From the IMG/VR virus record IMGVR_UViG_2547132370_000003, positions 1-44,862 of that record: a stretch of DNA of 44,862 nt. One strand, given 5' to 3'. The stretch is from a virus. The notes beneath the pieces were generated by a model. It made no database searches and was not told the DNA's origin. It saw only the letters and a program-made list of their open reading frames with translations. The translations under genes were made by a program, and so were the position numbers. This document shows, piece by piece, positions 41,627 to 44,862 of this stretch; the stretch's first letter is position 1; every line of letters begins with the position of its first letter.

Positions 41627-41968
41627 CTATTCTGCCGCCACATCCAGCGCCCGGCGCGCCGCATCTGGTTCTCGCCCCAGAATACGCAGCAGCGCCTGCA
41701 CGGCCGGATCCAGTGCTACACGCCCCTGCTCCCAGTTGCGCCATGTCGCCACAGGGATGCCGGTTAGATCCGCGATCTGTTTCTGGGTCATGTGCAGGGT
41801 TTTCCGCACGGTTGCGGGTGTCGGGTATGGGGCGGACAGATGGCTTGTATCATCCGTGCCGTCCTCACGTGCCTGACGGTCGATATCATCCTCTGTGGTG
41901 GCATTCACCTTGTCCCGGTCGATGGTTCCACCGTGCCGGGCGATCTGGCTCAATGTCATCCTTGCCAT
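41627..41968 (-). CDS. brnA: BrnA-like antitoxin (C-terminal HTH)
   Basis: MARMTLSQIARHGGTIDRDKVNATTEDDIDRQAREDG…MTQKQIADLTGIPVATWRNWEQGRVALDPAVQALLRIL. It overlaps the brnT stop codon. An alternative start is ATG 41959. Confidence 0.7.
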   Translation of the reverse strand: MARMTLSQIARHGGTIDRDKVNATTEDDIDRQAREDGTDDTSHLSAPYPTPATVRKTLHMTQKQIADLTGIPVATWRNWEQGRVALDPAVQALLRILGREPDAARRALDVAAE

Positions 41969-42240
41969 TTCTTCCACTCCTTGTCGTGCATGCGGCGCGC
42001 GGAGATGATCCACGTAACATCGCCGCGCCGTGTGTAGACGACCATGTAACGGCACCCTTCGATCATCCCGACTGCCTGAATCCGTGTCTCACCGTAATCC
42101 TTGCGGGTGTCTTCCCGTTCGATCACTTCTCCAAGAAAAATGCGGGCGGCGTATATGAAATCGAAACCACGGATGGAGAGGCACGCTGCGCTTTTTTCAT
42201 CATGCCAGTCAAAGGCGTGGTGTGTTGCCGTCATAGGCAT
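41956..42240 (-). CDS. brnT: BrnT-family (DUF497) ribonuclease toxin
   Basis: FDWHDEKSAACLSIRGFDFIYAARIFLGEVIEREDTRKDYGETRIQAVGMIEGCRYMVVYTRRGDVTWIISARRMHDKE. Confidence 0.8.
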   Translation of the reverse strand: MPMTATHHAFDWHDEKSAACLSIRGFDFIYAARIFLGEVIEREDTRKDYGETRIQAVGMIEGCRYMVVYTRRGDVTWIISARRMHDKEWKKWQG

Positions 42241-42243
42241 TTT

Positions 42244-42294
42244 ATACGCTGGAAGCGTATCAGTCGCAAGGGAAATAATACGCTAACAGCGTAT
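42244..42294. promoter_or_regulatory. Two palindromic operators ATACGCT-N3-AGCGTAT upstream of brnT
   Basis: Perfect 7-bp arms lie at 42244-42250/42254-42260 and at 42278-42284/42288-42294. Their centres are 34 bp apart. Confidence 0.6.
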
Positions 42295-42332
42295 TTCCGA
42301 TCAGAACAATCAATCGTATTGCGTAACCACGA

Positions 42333-42358
42333 GGCGGCTCTCCGGAGCCGCCTTTTTT
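42333..42358 (+). terminator. Plus-strand rho-independent terminator with no plus-strand gene upstream
   Basis: The stem is GGCGGCTC, loop tccg, GAGCCGCC, followed by T6. It lies 13 nt before the ATG of the 42371 gene. Confidence 0.6.
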
Positions 42359-42370
42359 ATTGGAGCCAGC

Positions 42371-43171
42371 ATGAAAAATCGCAAACTGGGCTGCCGCCCG
42401 GCCGAACGCCGTCCCAATCAGCCCCATCTATCCGCCATGCGTGGCTTCTGTGCGCGGCAGGCCCCTGCCCGGCTCGACCGCAGCGGTCTCAATCCCGCAC
42501 CGCTGATGCTGGGCAATGATGTGCTGGGGGACTGCACCAGCGCGGGCATCGGCAATCACCTGCGCGCTACGGCGGCGCTGGCAGGCTTCCAAATTGCCGT
42601 CACCACACCTGCCGCCGTGCAGTTCTATTCCCGCTCCACCGGCTACGTGCCCGGCAATCCCGCCACGGACAACGGCGGCGTGGAGGTGGACGTACTGACG
42701 ACGGCCCTGCGCGACGGCTATGCGTTGACAGACCAGACCCTGTTTCCGATCTGGGGCAGCGCCGATCCGGGCGACCTGAACGGGATCCGCAACATCACCG
42801 CAGGCCTGTCTGCCGCCTATCTGGGTGTGCAGCTTGCCACGGCGGATATGTGGGAGGACCAGGACGGCAACCTGCCGCCAGTATGGGATACGGACAGTCC
42901 GGCTGACCATGGCGATCCGACGCCGGGCAGCGCGGGCGGCCACTGCCTGCTGCTGTGGGATTACGCGGGCACGGCTGACACCGACCTTGTGACGCTCCTG
43001 ACATGGGGTAGCAAGCAGAAAGCAACATGGCGCTGGGTCAGGTCGCGCATCATGGAGGTGCACGGTCTGGCGTGGGGGCAACTGCACGCGCCCGGTGGTC
43101 TGTATCCGGCTGGTGATGACTGGGCTGCGCTGGTCGCGGCGAATGAAGCATACTTGCGCGGTGCGGCATGA
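42371..43171 (+). CDS. Papain-like (C1-type) cysteine peptidase candidate
   Basis: LMLGNDVLGDCTSAGIGNH carries the candidate catalytic Cys. SAGGHCLLLWDY carries the candidate His. LLTWGSKQKATWRW resembles the NSWG-like segment. A GGAG SD lies 5 nt upstream. Confidence 0.55.
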   Translation: MKNRKLGCRPAERRPNQPHLSAMRGFCARQAPARLDRSGLNPAPLMLGNDVLGDCTSAGIGNHLRATAALAGFQIAVTTPAAVQFYSRSTGYVPGNPATDNGGVEVDVLTTALRDGYALTDQTLFPIWGSADPGDLNGIRNITAGLSAAYLGVQLATADMWEDQDGNLPPVWDTDSPADHGDPTPGSAGGHCLLLWDYAGTADTDLVTLLTWGSKQKATWRWVRSRIMEVHGLAWGQLHAPGGLYPAGDDWAALVAANEAYLRGAA

Positions 43172-43794
43172 ACCGGGGCGACCGCGCGGCATTCCTATTC
43201 GCCTGCATGGTCGGACTGTCGGGATGTGCTATTCATCCCGCCAAGGTCAGCACAACCATTCCGCAGGCCATGGCAGGCATCCAGTCCAGTCTGGCACAGG
43301 CCGGAGTGGTATCGGTATCGCACGCGGGCGATTGGACCCCGGCGCAGGATGCGCTGTTCGTCCGCGCCATCCGGGCGGCACAGTACCGTCAGGACCGGCC
43401 CGACCCGGTGGTGGGAACGATTGCGGGCGATGTGACCCTGCAACTGTCTGGGCAGTTCACGCAGGGCGGACAGTTCAGCGTGGAGGCGATCACGACCGCG
43501 CCCACCTTTGGCATGCAGGCCGATGCCAGCCGGGTGCGCGGACAGACGGTCAGCCTGCCAGTGGCCTATGCGCCCCTATCATCCATGCCCGATGTGGAGA
43601 TGGGACGGCAGCTTGGATATGAGACTGAGATGTTGGCACAGAACGATGATACCCGGCATACCGAGGCTGCCCGGCTAATCGCCAACCGGGAAGCATTGCA
43701 GAGCCGGGTGCGAACAATGATTAATAGCTGGAAACAACGAAATTGTATCGGGGCTGCACCGACAGCCCCTTTTGTTGGAAGAACAAAACCCTAG
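43168..43794 (+). CDS. Lipoprotein translationally coupled to the peptidase gene
   Basis: MNRGDRAAFLFACMVGLSGC carries an L-S-G-C lipobox. An ATGA overlap links it to the peptidase gene. Confidence 0.65.
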   Translation: MNRGDRAAFLFACMVGLSGCAIHPAKVSTTIPQAMAGIQSSLAQAGVVSVSHAGDWTPAQDALFVRAIRAAQYRQDRPDPVVGTIAGDVTLQLSGQFTQGGQFSVEAITTAPTFGMQADASRVRGQTVSLPVAYAPLSSMPDVEMGRQLGYETEMLAQNDDTRHTEAARLIANREALQSRVRTMINSWKQRNCIGAAPTAPFVGRTKP

Positions 43795-43817
43795 GAGGGT
43801 ATCTCCTAACGTCTTGA

Positions 43818-44558
43818 TTATCCTTTAAAAATTTTATCTAGAACTGTATGTAGTTCTTCAACTTCTTGAGGTGCCCACTCACGATACATCGCCTCGCAAG
43901 GCGCAGATGGGGCGAGCGCTCCCGATGAAACCTGATCCAGCACCTGCTGCACCTTTGCGTCGTTCGCCGCCGCCTGGACCACCGGAATTTCCTTCGCTTT
44001 TGGGTCCGAATACATAACCTTCCCCTTTGTCTTGAGGGCTACCGCTGTATCGTGCAAGGTAGCCGTCTCATTCAGATTATTCGTTCTGTCCGAGAAAGCA
44101 AGATACCTAGTGCTTCCTCCGCTATAACGATCAGATTGCTGCGCCGTTGCCACTGCCTTAATAGCATCACGGTTTGCTGACCAGCAGTTATATGCATAAA
44201 GACCGCCGGATCCTGCGAAATAAGCTTCTTCACCATATTGCCGAGCTGTTCCATGAAAGAACTCGAGCTTGCTAGTTGTAATGTTGGCGATATGTAGAGC
44301 TATGCTATTCGTGTTCGCACCGGTACCCACCGAAACAGGGGGAATTTTCCCTCGGGTCGTTGGGTCTGACCCAAGCCACCTCTTCCATGCCTCGATTAAC
44401 GCACCGTTGCCGGCAAAAACGAAAGCCCAATTTCCAACGACGGAAATTTTTTCAAACCCGGTGTCATCAACAAACACTATAAAGCCCGGCCCGTCAACAG
44501 ACCACCGCGTGTCACAAGCCAACTGACCAGCGTCAAGGTCGATCACATTTGTTGTCAC
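43818..44558 (-). CDS. Ntn-hydrolase, HslV/proteasome-beta-like peptidase with a C-terminal extension of about 80 aa
   Basis: GTG start with a GGAAG SD. (M)TTNVIDLDAGQLACDTRWSV…FEKISVVGNWAFVFAGNGA… and …AYFAGSGGLYAYN… align by eye with HslV TTIV…DG..IAGDGQ…K…AGFAG… and …IGSGGPYA…. The GC content is lower than in the phage core. Confidence 0.6.
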   Translation of the reverse strand: MTTNVIDLDAGQLACDTRWSVDGPGFIVFVDDTGFEKISVVGNWAFVFAGNGALIEAWKRWLGSDPTTRGKIPPVSVGTGANTNSIALHIANITTSKLEFFHGTARQYGEEAYFAGSGGLYAYNCWSANRDAIKAVATAQQSDRYSGGSTRYLAFSDRTNNLNETATLHDTAVALKTKGKVMYSDPKAKEIPVVQAAANDAKVQQVLDQVSSGALAPSAPCEAMYREWAPQEVEELHTVLDKIFKG

Positions 44559-44723
44559 GTCGACTTCTTCCGCCCCCGTAAAGTTTTGGGGCTTATATCG
44601 ACATGATCTTATCCACGGAAGACCCAGTTTAGCGAATATCGTTCATGCAAGATATGTTACCATCTATCCCATAATAGGCAAATATGACGCAGGCACGTGT
44701 GAGAATTTCGAATCGGAACAATC

Positions 44724-44733
44724 GTTAGTCACT
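44724..44733 (+). promoter_or_regulatory. Third copy of GTTAGTCACT, putative arm-type integrase site on the attR side
   Basis: It has the same 10-mer and orientation as 106-115 and 137-146. Confidence 0.4.
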
Positions 44734-44818
44734 CTTTGAACGACTCGTGATTTTTCCGTGCGCCATCTATGGGCATTTTCTGACCAACCGCATTGATATT
44801 ATTTGAAAAACAGGAAAA

Positions 44819-44862
44819 TCATAATCCCTTGGTCGGCGGTTCAAATCCGTCCACCGCTACCA
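44819..44862. repeat. attR core: duplicated tRNA 3' end, not a functional tRNA
   Basis: It is identical to 1-44. The upstream sequence (…tgatattatttgaaaaacaggaaaa) cannot form the acceptor 5' strand AGCGGTG or a D-arm. Confidence 0.9.

Larger units (their letters stand above)
1..44862. mobile_element. Complete tRNA-inserted prophage with a lambda-like head module and a Mu-like contractile tail module
   Basis: Identical 44-nt direct repeats lie at both window ends. The integrase is adjacent to the left repeat. Immunity, replication, packaging, head, tail and lysis genes all lie between the repeats. Confidence 0.9.

Noticed and set aside
44787-44862. Possible complete second tRNA at the right end
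   Set aside because: Only the last 44 nt match a tRNA. The preceding 32 nt cannot form the acceptor 5' strand, D-arm or anticodon stem. It is the att duplication, not a gene.
1-44862. Search for defence-system hallmarks (reverse transcriptase, large ATPases/helicases, cyclases, Cas genes, restriction-modification, DGR template/variable repeats)
   Set aside because: None of the long ORFs shows such motifs. All ORFs longer than 400 aa are accounted for by terminase, portal, sheath, tape measure, baseplate and fibre genes.

Overview
The window is one complete integrated temperate phage of about 44.8 kb in a GC-rich genome whose host I cannot identify. It is bounded by identical 44-nt direct repeats at 1-44 and 44819-44862. 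These repeats are the 3' end of a tRNA gene with a CAU anticodon.

Layout, left to right:
- Integrase and an Xis-like gene, then a minus-strand early-left operon of small genes joined by ATGA overlaps (107-4724).
- A divergent pair of XRE-type repressor genes forming a CI/Cro-like switch (4810-5486).
- A minus-strand accessory gene for a membrane-anchored protein with three WYL-like repeats (5507-6703).
- An early-right operon with a replication gene that carries an internal iteron plus AT-rich ori-like block (6748-11908).
- Small accessory ORFs, then a second XerC/D-like tyrosine recombinase preceded by repeated palindromes (12022-14054).
- Lambda-type packaging and head genes: small terminase, GpA-like large terminase, gpW, portal, S49 protease, decoration protein and gpE-like capsid (16384-23927).
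- A Mu-like contractile tail and baseplate: sheath, tube, chaperone with a -1 frameshift, tape measure, gp43-48-like proteins and fibre (25342-38086).
- A lysis cassette (38153-39274).
- A 5.5-kb accessory island before attR (39407-44558). It holds a Tat-lipoprotein module, an AT-rich ORF, an orphan hicB, brnTA, a papain-like peptidase with a lipoprotein, and an HslV/proteasome-like Ntn hydrolase.

A DUF4258/DUF2283 pair is inserted antisense inside the baseplate operon. The most interesting candidates for undescribed biology are the membrane triple-WYL protein, the hicB plus AT-rich ORF module, the HslV-like gene next to attR, and the second recombinase with its repeat array.

All family calls come from reading the translations by eye. 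No database search was run. Gene starts are inferred and are often uncertain.
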